A DNA stretch of 64,000 nt from Nitrospinales bacterium (lineage in GTDB: Bacteria; Nitrospinota; Nitrospinia; Nitrospinales; VA-1): contig OZ253496.1 of the NCBI GenBank assembly GCA_965262115.1, positions 1,440,001 to 1,504,000 on the forward strand. Reading direction: 5' to 3'. This document shows positions 36,511-49,006 of the stretch, piece by piece. The notes under the pieces were generated by a model. That model saw only the letters and a program-made list of their open reading frames with translations. It was not told where the DNA came from and made no database searches. Both the position numbers and the translations under genes were made by a program. Position 1 is the first letter of the stretch. Each line of letters begins with the position of its first letter.

Positions 36511-37116
36511 TTGAGACGTTTAAATTACATAGCCCTGCTGGCACTGGTTCTCATAGCGGGTTGCACTTACGAAAGCAAGGAAGATATCGCTGGCCTGAAA
36601 GAGACCGACATCAGCAAACTGAATGTTTCCCAATTTGAAGGATCCCGGTCCAAGCCCGTCCAGCAGATTGAAGCTTCATTGGAAGAAGGTTCGGACAGCT
36701 ATGCGCCTGACGGAAGTCACCCCACAGTTCAAGAGGGAGTGAAAATCCAACGAGCGATTGTCGTGCCCGAGGAGACAGAAGGTAAGTGGAAAGCGGTCAA
36801 GCTTCTGATCAAGAACAAGAAAGACGAAGAACGTAACGAAATGAAAACCATCGCCCTGGGCTCCAGTTTTGAATTGGAAGATTCGGGAATCAGAATTACA
36901 GTGGGCCCGTTTTTACCAAGTTTTGTGATGAGCCAGAAGGCTTATACATCTGGCGGAAACGAACTGACCAACCCTGCTGTTCAATTAGTGGTTGAACAAA
37001 ACGGCAAGACCCTTTATACAGGATGGGCATTCGCGAAATATCCCACGATGTATGCGTTCGAGCACGAAGATTTTGCTCTGCAGTTGATGGATTACATACC
37101 CATTGATGTTTCTTGA
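36511..37116 (+). CDS. Lipoprotein, DUF2155-like
   Basis: IAGC lipobox; NPAV...GWAFAKYP...FEH motif. Confidence 0.7.
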   Translation: MRRLNYIALLALVLIAGCTYESKEDIAGLKETDISKLNVSQFEGSRSKPVQQIEASLEEGSDSYAPDGSHPTVQEGVKIQRAIVVPEETEGKWKAVKLLIKNKKDEERNEMKTIALGSSFELEDSGIRITVGPFLPSFVMSQKAYTSGGNELTNPAVQLVVEQNGKTLYTGWAFAKYPTMYAFEHEDFALQLMDYIPIDVS

Positions 37117-37138
37117 CCCGCTAGTCGCCCCTTCGCAG

Positions 37139-37320
37139 GGAGACCTTTGTGTAAGTCGAAAGCGGAAGCAGAAATCCCCCCTCCCTTCATAGGGAGGGGC
37201 CAGGGGAGGGTTGGATTATGAATTCTGTCAAAAACAATCCACACCCCTCCGCGGCTACGCCTTGCCTCCCCTCATGAGAGGGGAGGATCAATGAGGGTCT
37301 CGGGTTGTGCAAAGCTCTCC
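37139..37320. mobile_element. MITE with terminal inverted repeats
   Basis: GGAGACCTTTG...CAAAGCTCTCC, flanked on both sides by TTCGCAG (possible target duplication). Confidence 0.75.
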
Positions 37321-37429
37321 TTCGCAGGGGAGGCAAATTGATATAGCTTGTTGAGCCAAGAGAACGGTTGGACGCGAGATAAAGATATTGCTATTTACCA
37401 GCGGAGGTACTCCGCTAAAACCCAATTAT

Positions 37430-37506
37430 GCGCCCATGGCTCAGCTGGATAGAGCGACGGTTTGCGGAACCGTAGGTCGCAGGTTCGAGTCCTGCTGGGC
37501 GCACCA
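37430..37506 (+). tRNA. tRNA-Arg(GCG)
   Basis: Anticodon arm ACGGT-TT-GCG-GA-ACCGT, CCA end. Confidence 0.93.
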
Positions 37507-37677
37507 TTACCCGTGTACCCCCCTTTTGGAGCGTGAGACAAGTGAAGATTCACAGGCTCTTGAAGGCCAAGGAGGGGGGTAACACACAGGGGGGTTTGCA
37601 AAAACTCTCCCTCCTGCTCGCCGCAGGGGCAGATAGCAATGGCTTATTAAGCTAAGAGAACGAAAGGAAAAATTTTA

Positions 37678-37875
37678 ATGGCTAAAAGAGAGAAACGACC
37701 AAAAATGGTTTTCCGTAAGTTTTTACAGGATAACCAGAAGCAAATGACCGATTATATAGCCCATGTCGAAGCTTCAGAAAAATATGAACGGGAACCCTGG
37801 ATGTTAGGGTCCGACCCTGAAGGACTCGTCACCCCCGAATCCATTGTCGAACTCAACCAGCTCGGCGACGGCTAG
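37678..37875 (+). CDS. Small hypothetical protein
   Basis: 65-aa ORF with an AAGGA ribosome-binding site. Confidence 0.4.
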   Translation: MAKREKRPKMVFRKFLQDNQKQMTDYIAHVEASEKYEREPWMLGSDPEGLVTPESIVELNQLGDG

Positions 37876-38028
37876 CCGGGCCACGCCCGGTGGGATAATG
37901 CAATATCCTGTCAAGCCGCCAACATGGTTTGAGCGTGAGGGCAACATTGGGCAAACATGGGTTTGTAATGCCGAGATAAAAGCTGGACACGGCAGGGCTA
38001 TATAGCTCGTTGCCACTACGGCTAGTAG

Positions 38029-38118
<90 letters not shown>

Positions 38119-38259
38119 CCGGGCCACGCCCGGTGGAAATAGGGCAAGGGTTTTTTCGGTCGAGAAGAATGGTTCATTTTCTGTCCAATGGTGTTACACC
38201 TTAACTTTGAGTATATAGTATGAGGTGTTGATAAATGTTTCTCTTGAGACCAATAAAAA

Positions 38260-39003
38260 ATGACCGAACACCCTAACCTGAAAAACGCACCGATAACGGA
38301 AGCGGCCATAGAGTTTAGGTACCAAGATAAAGTAACGGAATTCCAAACCCTTGAGTCTGTTTATTCAGTATTTGAAAAGGACTTCCCCGAAAAGAAAATA
38401 ATTCACCGTGGAAAAGTGGACGTTACTTTTAGGAAAGATAAGCCAGTCGCTTTACAAGCCGAGGATATGGGCCCAGAAGTTATTATTTTTTCTTCTGCTG
38501 ATCAGAAAAAAATAATTCAGTTAAAGAGGGATAGCTTTTCATTCAGCTGGGTAGGGAAATATTCTAAATGGGAAGAATTTTCATCAAAAGCTTTGGAGCT
38601 TTGGAATAAAGCAGATAAAATATTGAAAAGAGAGGCTTTAATTAGAACAGGTTCCAGGTTTATTAATAATCTTAATATTCCCCAAAATGTAGAATTAAAG
38701 GAAATTATAGTAAACTCCCCGACTCTTCCAAAAGGCACAAGTTTTGAGATGGCAGGGTTTTTAAATCAAATGACCCTTTACGATGACAATAATTCTGTTT
38801 CTGCTGTTGTTTGTTTAGGATTAGACCGTAATGAAATAAAAGAACCAAAACTCCCGGTTATCTTTGATATTGATGTGTTTAGCCTGGATATAATTCCAAA
38901 TGAAAATACTAAAATTAATGAAAATTTGAATAAATTAAGAGTTTTTAAAAACTCTATATTTTTTAATTCCCTTACACCAAAAGGAATGGAGCTATATCAA
39001 TGA
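38260..39003 (+). CDS. TIGR04255-like protein
   Basis: L.NAPITEA.IE.R N-terminus; Y..WEEF; R.G.RFIN; FDID; FFN.LT. Confidence 0.8.
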   Translation: MTEHPNLKNAPITEAAIEFRYQDKVTEFQTLESVYSVFEKDFPEKKIIHRGKVDVTFRKDKPVALQAEDMGPEVIIFSSADQKKIIQLKRDSFSFSWVGKYSKWEEFSSKALELWNKADKILKREALIRTGSRFINNLNIPQNVELKEIIVNSPTLPKGTSFEMAGFLNQMTLYDDNNSVSAVVCLGLDRNEIKEPKLPVIFDIDVFSLDIIPNENTKINENLNKLRVFKNSIFFNSLTPKGMELYQ

Positions 39004-39518
39004 TTGCTCTGAAAGAAAGAAGCGTGTTGCCTTTTGAGCCAGACGAAATTAGCTTTTCCCGTTCTTCAGTGGTCACAACTGATTTAGAAAAATTGATTGA
39101 GGATTCTCCCGGCAGGGAGCCAAATTCATTTGCCGTTAGAGAAAAAATTCATTTACTTCTTGAAGAAATTGATCAAGCTTTTGCTGGTTCTCAAGCGGGA
39201 AACGCTGATAACTATGGAGGTAAAGCAGGTAATACTAATTCCTTCAGAAACATTTGTGAATTTATTTATTTAATGTCAGGGCCGTTATTAGAAATAATGC
39301 CGACAGTTCTTTTAGAACCAGATGGTTCTTTTGCCTTAGACTGGGAAAATGTAAACGCAGATACTTCCTTCGCGGTCAGTTTTGGCCCAAATGACGAATT
39401 ATTTTTTGCGGGGCTTTTTTCAAATGGGGCTAAACAAAGAGGTGTTGAAATTTTTAATAGATTTTGGTTTCCCGAGCCCATTAGTAAAAATATATTACGG
39501 GTCATAAAAGGGAAATAA
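39000..39518 (+). CDS. Hypothetical protein, putative antitoxin
   Basis: ATGA overlap with the upstream gene; DNYGG and P...EPDGSFALDW motifs. Confidence 0.7.
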   Translation: MIALKERSVLPFEPDEISFSRSSVVTTDLEKLIEDSPGREPNSFAVREKIHLLLEEIDQAFAGSQAGNADNYGGKAGNTNSFRNICEFIYLMSGPLLEIMPTVLLEPDGSFALDWENVNADTSFAVSFGPNDELFFAGLFSNGAKQRGVEIFNRFWFPEPISKNILRVIKGK

Positions 39519-39519
39519 T

Positions 39520-39924
39520 TTGAATTTAAATTCAGTTTCAGATCAAGAAGAATTGTCTAGATTTCTTTTTAACAATCAGGACTTTACAGAAAGCTCAGGA
39601 AATATCCGATGGACTAGATTGATGCCCATATTTTGTGAGCAACTTGATAGATTGGAAACCTCAATATTCAGGACATCTACTTTGAAGCAAGATAAAGAAA
39701 TATGGGCGTTAGGAGATGCTTTTGCAGGTTTGAAGCGAAAACCCCCAAAAGCTATAGCTGTCCTAACAGCAAAACAAATTAGAAATAAGCAGAGATTGGA
39801 TGTGATACCAGAAACCTCAACACACCCGCTCCATGCGGTGATAGTAAATTGGCCAGAGGCAAAAGATGGACAAATGGAGATTTGTAAAGAATTAAACAAG
39901 GAAGCCAAACTAAGGGTTCGATAA
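39520..39924 (+). CDS. Hypothetical protein, putative ART/RES-like toxin
   Basis: E.LSR...ETSIFR...HA.I.NWP pattern; starts 1 bp after the upstream stop. Confidence 0.65.
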   Translation: MNLNSVSDQEELSRFLFNNQDFTESSGNIRWTRLMPIFCEQLDRLETSIFRTSTLKQDKEIWALGDAFAGLKRKPPKAIAVLTAKQIRNKQRLDVIPETSTHPLHAVIVNWPEAKDGQMEICKELNKEAKLRVR

Positions 39925-40127
39925 ATATTGTTTCCAATTTAATTTTTAGAATTGTTGTGGTCGGGACCAACGTCGGTAGCTCTCTAATCTAATAGCGGAC
40001 GTTTTCTCGACTTTTTTTGTTAGAATAGGGCTTTGGTGAACGGCTCAGGTTAGCCGAGTGTTGATAGGGCAAAAGCTCAATTCAGCCGAGAAAAACTTTC
40101 GCTTGCCAGATAGAGCGATTGCTCGTT

Positions 40128-40218
<91 letters not shown>

Positions 40219-40318
40219 CCATTCGCCATGGAGGCAAATTGATATAGCCTGTTTGGCCGCGAGGGCAATTGGGCACGAGATAAAGATATTGCATTTTATT
40301 AGCGGAGATTCTCCGCCA

Positions 40319-40560
40319 CTGCTCGCCGCAGGGGCAGGTTAAGCCGAGAAGAAGTTTTTGGCTAATTTATAAACTATATAGCTAGTGGGCTCCACGCCGA
40401 GTGGTTGTTCGCCATATCGAGTGATTGCTTATTTTCTGTGGAGGAACTCCGCTCGCCGCAGGGGCAGGTTAAGCCGAGAAGAAGTTTTTAGCTAATTTAT
40501 AAACTATATAGCTAGTGGGCTCCACGCCGAGTGGTTGCTCGCCATATCGAGCAATTGCAT
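40319..40560 (+). repeat. Tandem ~130-bp tRNA-associated repeats (2 copies)
   Basis: GCTCGCCGCAGGGGCAGGTTAAGCCGAG recurs at 40321 and 40451. Confidence 0.85.
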
Positions 40561-40581
40561 ATTGAAAAGTATTGGCAGTTT

Positions 40582-40677
40582 TGTTGGGCCTCACGCAACG
40601 TGGCTTTGTGAAACCCGTCAGATCCGGAAGGAAGCAGCGGTAGCAAAATTCCATGTGTGCTGTGAGTTCCCCAACAA
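40582..40677 (+). ncRNA. ffs: SRP 4.5S RNA
   Basis: TCAGATCCGGAAGGAAGCAGC domain IV motif in a long hairpin upstream of dnaX. Confidence 0.9.
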
Positions 40678-40750
40678 TTCTGCCTTTAAATAACATCCCC
40701 GGGCGACCCGCGATCAGCGGTTGCCTGCAAATGGTCGGTCTTCTGAAATA

Positions 40751-42349
<1,599 letters not shown>

Positions 42350-42376
42350 AAAATTCCTCGAACAACAGGTGTTTAA

Positions 42377-42700
42377 ATGAGCGATGATAAAGGATGGTTC
42401 TCGTTATTAAAACAGGCTCAGGACATGCAGTCCAAGCTTGCTGAAATTCAGGAAGGCCTCGCTGAAAAAATGGTGGAAGTGTCTACCGGTGGCGGTATGG
42501 TGAAGGTGGTTGCTAATGGACTCAACGAAATTATCTCGGTCCATATTGATGACGAATTGATCAACATGAACGATCGGGAAGTGCTCGAAGACCTGATCAC
42601 CGGCGCCATGAACGAAGTTCATAAGAAAGTGAAAGATCTGGCGCAGGGTGAAATGTCCAAATTGACCGGGGGCCTGAAAATTCCCGGATTGTTCACCTAA
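42377..42700 (+). CDS. ybaB: Nucleoid-associated protein YbaB/EbfC
   Basis: GGGMVKV, LEDLI.GA.N; between dnaX and recR. Confidence 0.93.
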   Translation: MSDDKGWFSLLKQAQDMQSKLAEIQEGLAEKMVEVSTGGGMVKVVANGLNEIISVHIDDELINMNDREVLEDLITGAMNEVHKKVKDLAQGEMSKLTGGLKIPGLFT

Positions 42701-42754
42701 TTACCAGCGGAGGTACTCCGCTAAAAATTAACTTTTTCCATTAGTCGTCTCACC

Positions 42755-43357
42755 GTGAAAAGACCCCCCGCAGTTACAAACCTTATAGATGAATTGAAGA
42801 GGCTTCCCGGCATTGGCCAGAAAACCGCTGAACGTTTGTCGTTTTTCCTGATGCGCGGAAAAGCCGAGCAGGCCAATAAACTCGCCACAGCCATTCAGAA
42901 TCTTAAGGAAAAGATTATCCTCTGTTCGATTTGCCATGGCATCACCGAGTCTGACCCCTGCGATATTTGTTCAGACACTTCCCGCGACCATTCACAGATT
43001 TGCGTGGTGGAAGAACCACACGACGTTTATGTGATGGAAAACATGGGTTATTTCAAAGGCGTTTATCATGTGTTGATGGGGGTGATTTCTCCGCTGGATG
43101 GAATTGGCCCCGATGATCTGAACATCGAAATGTTGAAAGAAAAAGTCAGCAAGCCGGGTATCCGTGAGGTCATCCTGGCGACCAATCCGGACATGGAAGG
43201 TGAATCCACCGCCGTGTATATCTCAAAGGTTTTAAAACCTTACGGTGAAGTTAAGGTCACACGCATTGCCCGGGGCCTGCCGGTGGGTTCGGATATTGAG
43301 TATGCCGACTCCGTGACCCTGTTGAAATCGCTGGAAGGCCGCATGGAAATGACGTAA
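42755..43357 (+). CDS. recR: Recombination protein RecR
   Basis: LPGIG.KTA.R, C4 zinc finger, YHVL.G, TOPRIM domain. Confidence 0.96.
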   Translation: MKRPPAVTNLIDELKRLPGIGQKTAERLSFFLMRGKAEQANKLATAIQNLKEKIILCSICHGITESDPCDICSDTSRDHSQICVVEEPHDVYVMENMGYFKGVYHVLMGVISPLDGIGPDDLNIEMLKEKVSKPGIREVILATNPDMEGESTAVYISKVLKPYGEVKVTRIARGLPVGSDIEYADSVTLLKSLEGRMEMT

Positions 43358-43557
43358 CAAGGCTACGCCTTGAGGAAATGGCAGGACCATAATATGCTTG
43401 GCAAAAAATGGGCAAAGGGTAAATTTAGCCGAGAAAAAGTTTGTCAGCAGAAATACCATATAGCTAGTGGGCCCCACGCCTGGTGGGGGAAATCCACTTG
43501 ACAATATGTTACAAAACAATTAAATTTAAGTGTTTTAATCCAATTCAAGAAAACCAT

Positions 43558-43632
43558 TCCGGTGTGGCGCAATGGTAGCGCAATCGGCTGTTAACCGATG
43601 TGTTAGAGGTTCAAATCCTCTCACCGGAGCCA
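43558..43632 (+). tRNA. tRNA-Asn(GTT)
   Basis: Cloverleaf, anticodon GTT, CCA end. Confidence 0.93.
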
Positions 43633-43769
43633 GTTTTTGTCTCCTTTTTCAGGGGCATAGATTACAAAACCCTGTCGAACCCACTACCGGGTTTTGCTTT
43701 AGGTTGCAAAGGTCAAATTGATCCGTTATTCTTCTTCATGTTGGTAAACCTCTGCAATAAGAGGCACTT

Positions 43770-44750
43770 ATGATTCAAAGACCGCGCAGAAACAGATTGA
43801 ATCCGGCCGTTCGTGGGCTGATCCGGGAATCGCAAGTGAACCCGGCCAACCTGGTCTGGCCCACTTTCGTGCAGGAAGGCAAGAACCTTCGCACTCCGAT
43901 CGTGTCGATGCCGGGCATCTCAAGGCTTTCCATCGACCAGCTTGCCGCCGATTGCCAAAAGGCCTTTGATCTGGGAATCCCGGCGGTCGCCCTCTTCCCG
44001 GTTTTGGATGAATCTTTAAAAAATTCCGAGGGCAAGGAAAGTCTTAATTCTAACGGACTTCTGCAACGCGCGGTGAAGGAGTTAAAGAAAACCATTCCCG
44101 GTATGTTGGTGATTACCGATGTGGCGCTGGACCCTTATTCCAGTGACGGGCATGACGGACTGGTTAAAGACGGAAAAATTTTGAACGATGAAACGCTTCC
44201 TCTACTTGCTGGCATGGCGGTGGTCCAGGCCGAAGCGGGAGCCGATGTGGTGGCGCCCTCCGACATGATGGATGGCCGGGTCGAGGCCATTTGCTGGGCT
44301 CTGGACGAGGCGGGATTTGAGGATGTGTTGATCTGCAGTTACTGTGCAAAATATGCTTCGGCGTTTTACGGGCCGTTTCGCGATGCGCTCGATTCTGCTC
44401 CGAAAGAGGGCGATAAAAAAACCTATCAAATGGATCCGGCCAATGCCCGTGAAGCGATACGGGAAATTTTGCTGGATGAAGAAGAAGGGGCAGACTGGTT
44501 GCTGATCAAACCGGGCCTGCCTTATCTGGATATCATCCGATTAACGCGCGAGCATTCGGCGCTCCCCATTGCCGCTTACCATGTCAGCGGAGAATATGCC
44601 ATGCTGAAAGCCGCTGCCGAAAAAGGCTGGCTCGATTATGACAGCTGTCTGATAGAGTCGCTCCTCAGCATGCGCCGCGCCGGAGCAGATATGATCTTCA
44701 CCTATGGCGCCATTGATGCTGCCAGAATAATTCGGAAATCTCGCGGTTGA
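43770..44750 (+). CDS. hemB: Porphobilinogen synthase
   Basis: DVALDPYS..GHDG, APSDMMDGR, YHVSGEY. Confidence 0.96.
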   Translation: MIQRPRRNRLNPAVRGLIRESQVNPANLVWPTFVQEGKNLRTPIVSMPGISRLSIDQLAADCQKAFDLGIPAVALFPVLDESLKNSEGKESLNSNGLLQRAVKELKKTIPGMLVITDVALDPYSSDGHDGLVKDGKILNDETLPLLAGMAVVQAEAGADVVAPSDMMDGRVEAICWALDEAGFEDVLICSYCAKYASAFYGPFRDALDSAPKEGDKKTYQMDPANAREAIREILLDEEEGADWLLIKPGLPYLDIIRLTREHSALPIAAYHVSGEYAMLKAAAEKGWLDYDSCLIESLLSMRRAGADMIFTYGAIDAARIIRKSRG

Positions 44751-44794
44751 TGGTTTAACAATCTCCCTGCTTCCATCGGGCGAGGCCCGACACT

Positions 44795-45622
44795 ATGGCA
44801 AGTCCCAATTACTGGGTTCACGATCTGGACCCGTTTCTATTTCAATTTACAGAGAATTTTGGCATCCGCTATTACGGGTTGGCCTATGCGCTGGGCTTTC
44901 TTGCCGGGATGTGGCTCCTGCACCTTTTTTGCAAGCATGGCAAAGCGGTGCTCACGCCCGAACAACAGTCGCTCACCATTACCGCCATGATGATTGGGGT
45001 TTTGCTGGGCGGACGTTTGGGGTACTCACTGTTCTACGCGCTGGACAACACTCTGCACCGACCCTGGATCATATTGCAAATCTGGAAAGGCGGAATGGCC
45101 AGTCACGGCGGGTTCATCGGTGTGCTTGTGGCCTGCTGGTGGGTGGCAAAAAAACTGAAACTTTCTTTTCTGCAACTCGGCGACTTGTTGTGTCCTTTAG
45201 TACCACCGGGAATTTTGCTGGGACGTATTGCAAATTTCATCAACGGCGAACTGTGGGGTAAAGTCACTCATGTTTCCTGGGCGGTGATCTTTCCGCAAAG
45301 CGCTATGCTGGGAACTCCTCTGGAACAGATCGCTCCGCGTCATCCTTCGCAACTTTATGAAGCCGGACTGGAGGGAGCCTTATTGCTGATATACAGCCAG
45401 TGGCGGTTGTGGAAAACCGATGCTCTGAATCAGCCCGGCAGATTGACCGGCGAGTTTCTCATGATCTATGCGGTGGTGCGCGTTTTCGGCGAACAGTTCA
45501 GAGAACCCGATGCTCCGCTTATTATGGACCTCAGCCGAGGCAGTTTTTACAGCCTGTTTCTGCTCGCTGGCGGACTTTACCTGGTTCTGCGGTCCCGCCG
45601 GGCAACGCCCGGTAGTAATTAG
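44795..45622 (+). CDS. lgt: Prolipoprotein diacylglyceryl transferase
   Basis: GGMASHGG, GRIANFINGELWG, HPSQLYE. Confidence 0.96.
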   Translation: MASPNYWVHDLDPFLFQFTENFGIRYYGLAYALGFLAGMWLLHLFCKHGKAVLTPEQQSLTITAMMIGVLLGGRLGYSLFYALDNTLHRPWIILQIWKGGMASHGGFIGVLVACWWVAKKLKLSFLQLGDLLCPLVPPGILLGRIANFINGELWGKVTHVSWAVIFPQSAMLGTPLEQIAPRHPSQLYEAGLEGALLLIYSQWRLWKTDALNQPGRLTGEFLMIYAVVRVFGEQFREPDAPLIMDLSRGSFYSLFLLAGGLYLVLRSRRATPGSN

Positions 45623-45883
45623 CAAAGCCACTTTTCTCTCGACAGGGAGAAGTTCAATTCCCCCATGAGAAGGGGGGTCAGGGGGGTTAAACATTCACTC
45701 AGCTTTGGACTTCATCCCCACCCGATTGCAACCCGTTATAAACCGATACCGCAATAGTTATAAATATAAAACCTACCATATATCGCGTAGTTTGATTAAA
45801 ACCTCCGCCAATGATCCCGGTTGACAACTATATTACCACTAGTTATAATAAACTTTACAACTAGTGGTAATATAGGGTTAAAA

Positions 45884-46915
45884 ATGGTCAAGAACCAGGC
45901 AGAAGAAATTCGCGCCTATCTTTTAGCGAAAATACCGGTGCACCCGAAAAATATCGTCGCCAAAGCCTCGAAGGCTTTTTCGTGCAGCCGCACCACCGTC
46001 CACCGGCACCTGAACCGGCTGCTCCGCAATGGAGCGATCATTAAAACCGGCACCACGAGGCAGGCGCAATACTTTTTAAAGTCGGAAAAAAACAAACAAA
46101 TTCTTGTTCCTCTGGAACCGGGAGTTGAGGAGGATAAAGTCTGGAAAGAAAACTTTTTGCAGGACTTTGAAACGCTCCCCAAAAACGTGCGGAATATTTG
46201 TGAATACGGTTTTCTGGAAATGCTCAACAATGCCATCGACCATTCAGAGGGAACAGGGGTAGTGATAAAAACAGAGTGGGCATCTGACTCAATTATGCTA
46301 GCTATTCGCGATGATGGTGTGGGAATTTTTAGAAAGATCAAGAACGCGCTGAGCTTGGAAGATGAGCGCGAGAGCGCCCTGCATCTCTCAAAGGGAAAGT
46401 TCACCACCGACCCGGAAAACCATACCGGAGAGGGAATATTTTTTTCTTCCCGGGCCTTCGATGAATTTCTTATAACTTCAAGAGGAATGGGTTATGCAAG
46501 AAATAATTGGGATGAAGACTGGTTTGTGGAAACGACGAAGGATGAGAATGTATCCGGAACAGGTTTAATAATGAAAATCGCTCTGGGCTCAAAAAGAAAA
46601 ATGCAGGAAGTTTATGCGCAATTTCAAAATGATGACTCTGACGGAATCCAAAGTTTTGACAAGACCCATATTGCAGTGAAACTGAGCAAATTGGGTGATG
46701 AACGCTATATTTCCCGTTCCCAGGCACGGCGCATCTGTTTGGGACTGGAAAAGTTCAAGCATGTGGATTTAGACTTCACAGGTATTTCTACTGTAGGACA
46801 GGGCTTTGTCGATGAAGTGTTTCGCGTGTTTCAGTCCAAACACCCCCGAATAAAAATTGAACACATAAATGCCAATGACGATGTCCGGTTCATGATTAAA
46901 CATAGCCTGCCTTAA
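45884..46915 (+). CDS. HTH + HATPase + STAS-like (DUF4325) protein
   Basis: EMLNNAIDHS, DDGVG, SRSQARR, GQGFVDEVFRVF. Confidence 0.8.
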   Translation: MVKNQAEEIRAYLLAKIPVHPKNIVAKASKAFSCSRTTVHRHLNRLLRNGAIIKTGTTRQAQYFLKSEKNKQILVPLEPGVEEDKVWKENFLQDFETLPKNVRNICEYGFLEMLNNAIDHSEGTGVVIKTEWASDSIMLAIRDDGVGIFRKIKNALSLEDERESALHLSKGKFTTDPENHTGEGIFFSSRAFDEFLITSRGMGYARNNWDEDWFVETTKDENVSGTGLIMKIALGSKRKMQEVYAQFQNDDSDGIQSFDKTHIAVKLSKLGDERYISRSQARRICLGLEKFKHVDLDFTGISTVGQGFVDEVFRVFQSKHPRIKIEHINANDDVRFMIKHSLP

Positions 46916-47292
46916 TAGTGGCGGCGGATAGAGCGGCGGTCTTCTTCATTCTCCGATAGATGATTTTGATAATTCACATAAACTTTACTGGCAGGCTGCT
47001 GAAAGACTCATATAACTGTTGTTCGCCAATATTTGCATCCCTCCCTTCGTAAGGGAGGGACTGAGGGAGGGTTGGCCTGTTCTTTGCTGGTTTTTTGGTT
47101 TTGGGAATAACTCTGATATGCCTCAGACGAAAGTCAAACCCTTCTTCCGCCGGTTGACCGCTTCCAGGTTTTTCTCCCGTTTTACCCGTATTTCTTTTAA
47201 CTCAAAATATCCGCCGACTGTTCAAGATGCTTGCGGTTTAACACCCCATTGGTGTAAGCTGGGGGGCTCTATAACAAAAACGGTAATGAGTC

Positions 47293-48579
47293 ATGATTCC
47301 CGAATTATTGTCACCTGCTGGCAGCCCTGAGAAATTAAAATACGCTTTGGCGTATGGTGCGGATGCGGTCTATGCGGGCATTCCCAAGTTTTCCTTGCGG
47401 GCCAGAGAGAATCCTTTCAAAAACGATTTGCTTGAAGAGGCCATTGCCTACACCCACGATAAGGGCAAGAAGATTTATGTTACGGCCAATATTCTCCCGC
47501 CCAACCGGAAAATTGAATCCTTCAAAAAATCCCTGGCTCAACACGCCGCATTGGGACCGGATGCATTCATCATGGCTGATCCGGGGATGATTCAGTTTGC
47601 TCTCAAGGAGTTTCCCCAGATTCCGGTTCATCTTTCGGTGCAAACCAATACTATGAACTGGTCCTCGGTGGAATTTTGGTACAACCTTGGAGTTAAGCGG
47701 GTCATTTTATCGAGAGAGCTTTCCCTGGAAGAGATTCAGGAGATCCATGACCGGGTCCCGGATATGGAACTGGAGGCTTTCGTGCACGGGTCAATTTGTA
47801 TTGCTTATTCTGGCCGGTGCCTGTTATCCAATTATTTCAATCACCGCGATGCCAATCAGGGGACATGCACCAACAGTTGCCGATGGGAATTTAATGTTAA
47901 GGAGGAAGTAGAAAAAGAAACCGAACAGTATCAGCCGCTTAAGGGGCAGTATGCCATTGAGGAAACTTCGCGAAAAGGCGAAATGATGCCTGTCGATGAA
48001 GACGAGCACGGTACTTATATCATGAACTCTAAGGACTTGAGGGCGGTGGAATTTTTAAAACCGCTTCATGAAGTCGGTGTCATGTCATTTAAAATAGAGG
48101 GCCGATCGAAATCCATTTATTATTTGTCCATGGTCACCCGGGCTTACCGTAAGGCCATTAAAGATCTGGCAGAAGGACGTTCATTCGATCCCGAATTACT
48201 TGGAGAAATTGATAAGACGGCGAACCGGGGTTTCACATCCGCGTTTTTAATATCCGCCTCCAATCGGGACACCGAGCGGTTTGATTCACCGCAGGAGAAA
48301 GATCAGGCCCAGGTTTTTGGTGGGCAGGTTGTGAATGAGCGGCCGGGTTGGATGGAGGTAGAAGTTAAAAACCGAATCGAGCTGGGGGATGAGGTGGAAT
48401 ATATTTCCCCCAGCGGGCAATTCAAATTTTCCATTGATGCTATGGAAACAAGCACCGGGGAAAAAGCAACTGTCGCACACGGAGGAAATGGAACGATCTG
48501 GATTGGAATTGATCGGCAGGCAGAACCGTTCGCACTGTTAAGCCTGTTGCAGAAGGCCAAAATGGCTGAAACCGTTTAA
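47293..48579 (+). CDS. U32 peptidase family protein (TrhP/YegQ-like tRNA hydroxylation)
   Basis: PELLSPAG, HLSVQ, CIAYSGRCLLS, KIEGR. Confidence 0.88.
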   Translation: MIPELLSPAGSPEKLKYALAYGADAVYAGIPKFSLRARENPFKNDLLEEAIAYTHDKGKKIYVTANILPPNRKIESFKKSLAQHAALGPDAFIMADPGMIQFALKEFPQIPVHLSVQTNTMNWSSVEFWYNLGVKRVILSRELSLEEIQEIHDRVPDMELEAFVHGSICIAYSGRCLLSNYFNHRDANQGTCTNSCRWEFNVKEEVEKETEQYQPLKGQYAIEETSRKGEMMPVDEDEHGTYIMNSKDLRAVEFLKPLHEVGVMSFKIEGRSKSIYYLSMVTRAYRKAIKDLAEGRSFDPELLGEIDKTANRGFTSAFLISASNRDTERFDSPQEKDQAQVFGGQVVNERPGWMEVEVKNRIELGDEVEYISPSGQFKFSIDAMETSTGEKATVAHGGNGTIWIGIDRQAEPFALLSLLQKAKMAETV

Positions 48580-48598
48580 AGTCAACCGGGAATTTTAT

Positions 48599-48847
48599 TT
48601 ACTCACGGTTGTTTTTGTCATGGCGGGTTTTGGTGGTTTGCGCCCAGAACAGGGTGAGAACAACACCAACAACCAAAGCCAGCCCTAACCAGCCAGACAG
48701 GGTATCGATTCCGTAATCGAAAATATCTTTAGCCAAGGCTCCATCAAAGGCTATTGCTGCCACAATAAAGATTAGAAAAAAAATAAATTTTTTCAAGATC
48801 GGTTTCCGATTAATGGGTCCCCTGCCGATATGGATTGATTTTACCAA
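48599..48847 (-). CDS. Small membrane protein
   Basis: Two hydrophobic segments. Confidence 0.45.
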   Translation of the reverse strand: MVKSIHIGRGPINRKPILKKFIFFLIFIVAAIAFDGALAKDIFDYGIDTLSGWLGLALVVGVVLTLFWAQTTKTRHDKNNRE

Positions 48848-49006
48848 TATATTTGATGGATGTTGTTTTCCCGGCTAAGGATAAAGTTCTTGGCTCCCCA
48901 AACATACTGGTTTTATAATAAGGTTCTTTTATTCTGGAATTTTAGCAAGAAATCTTTTTGGTGCAATTGGTAATTTTTTTAAACAATTTAATCGGTATTT
49001 AATTTC

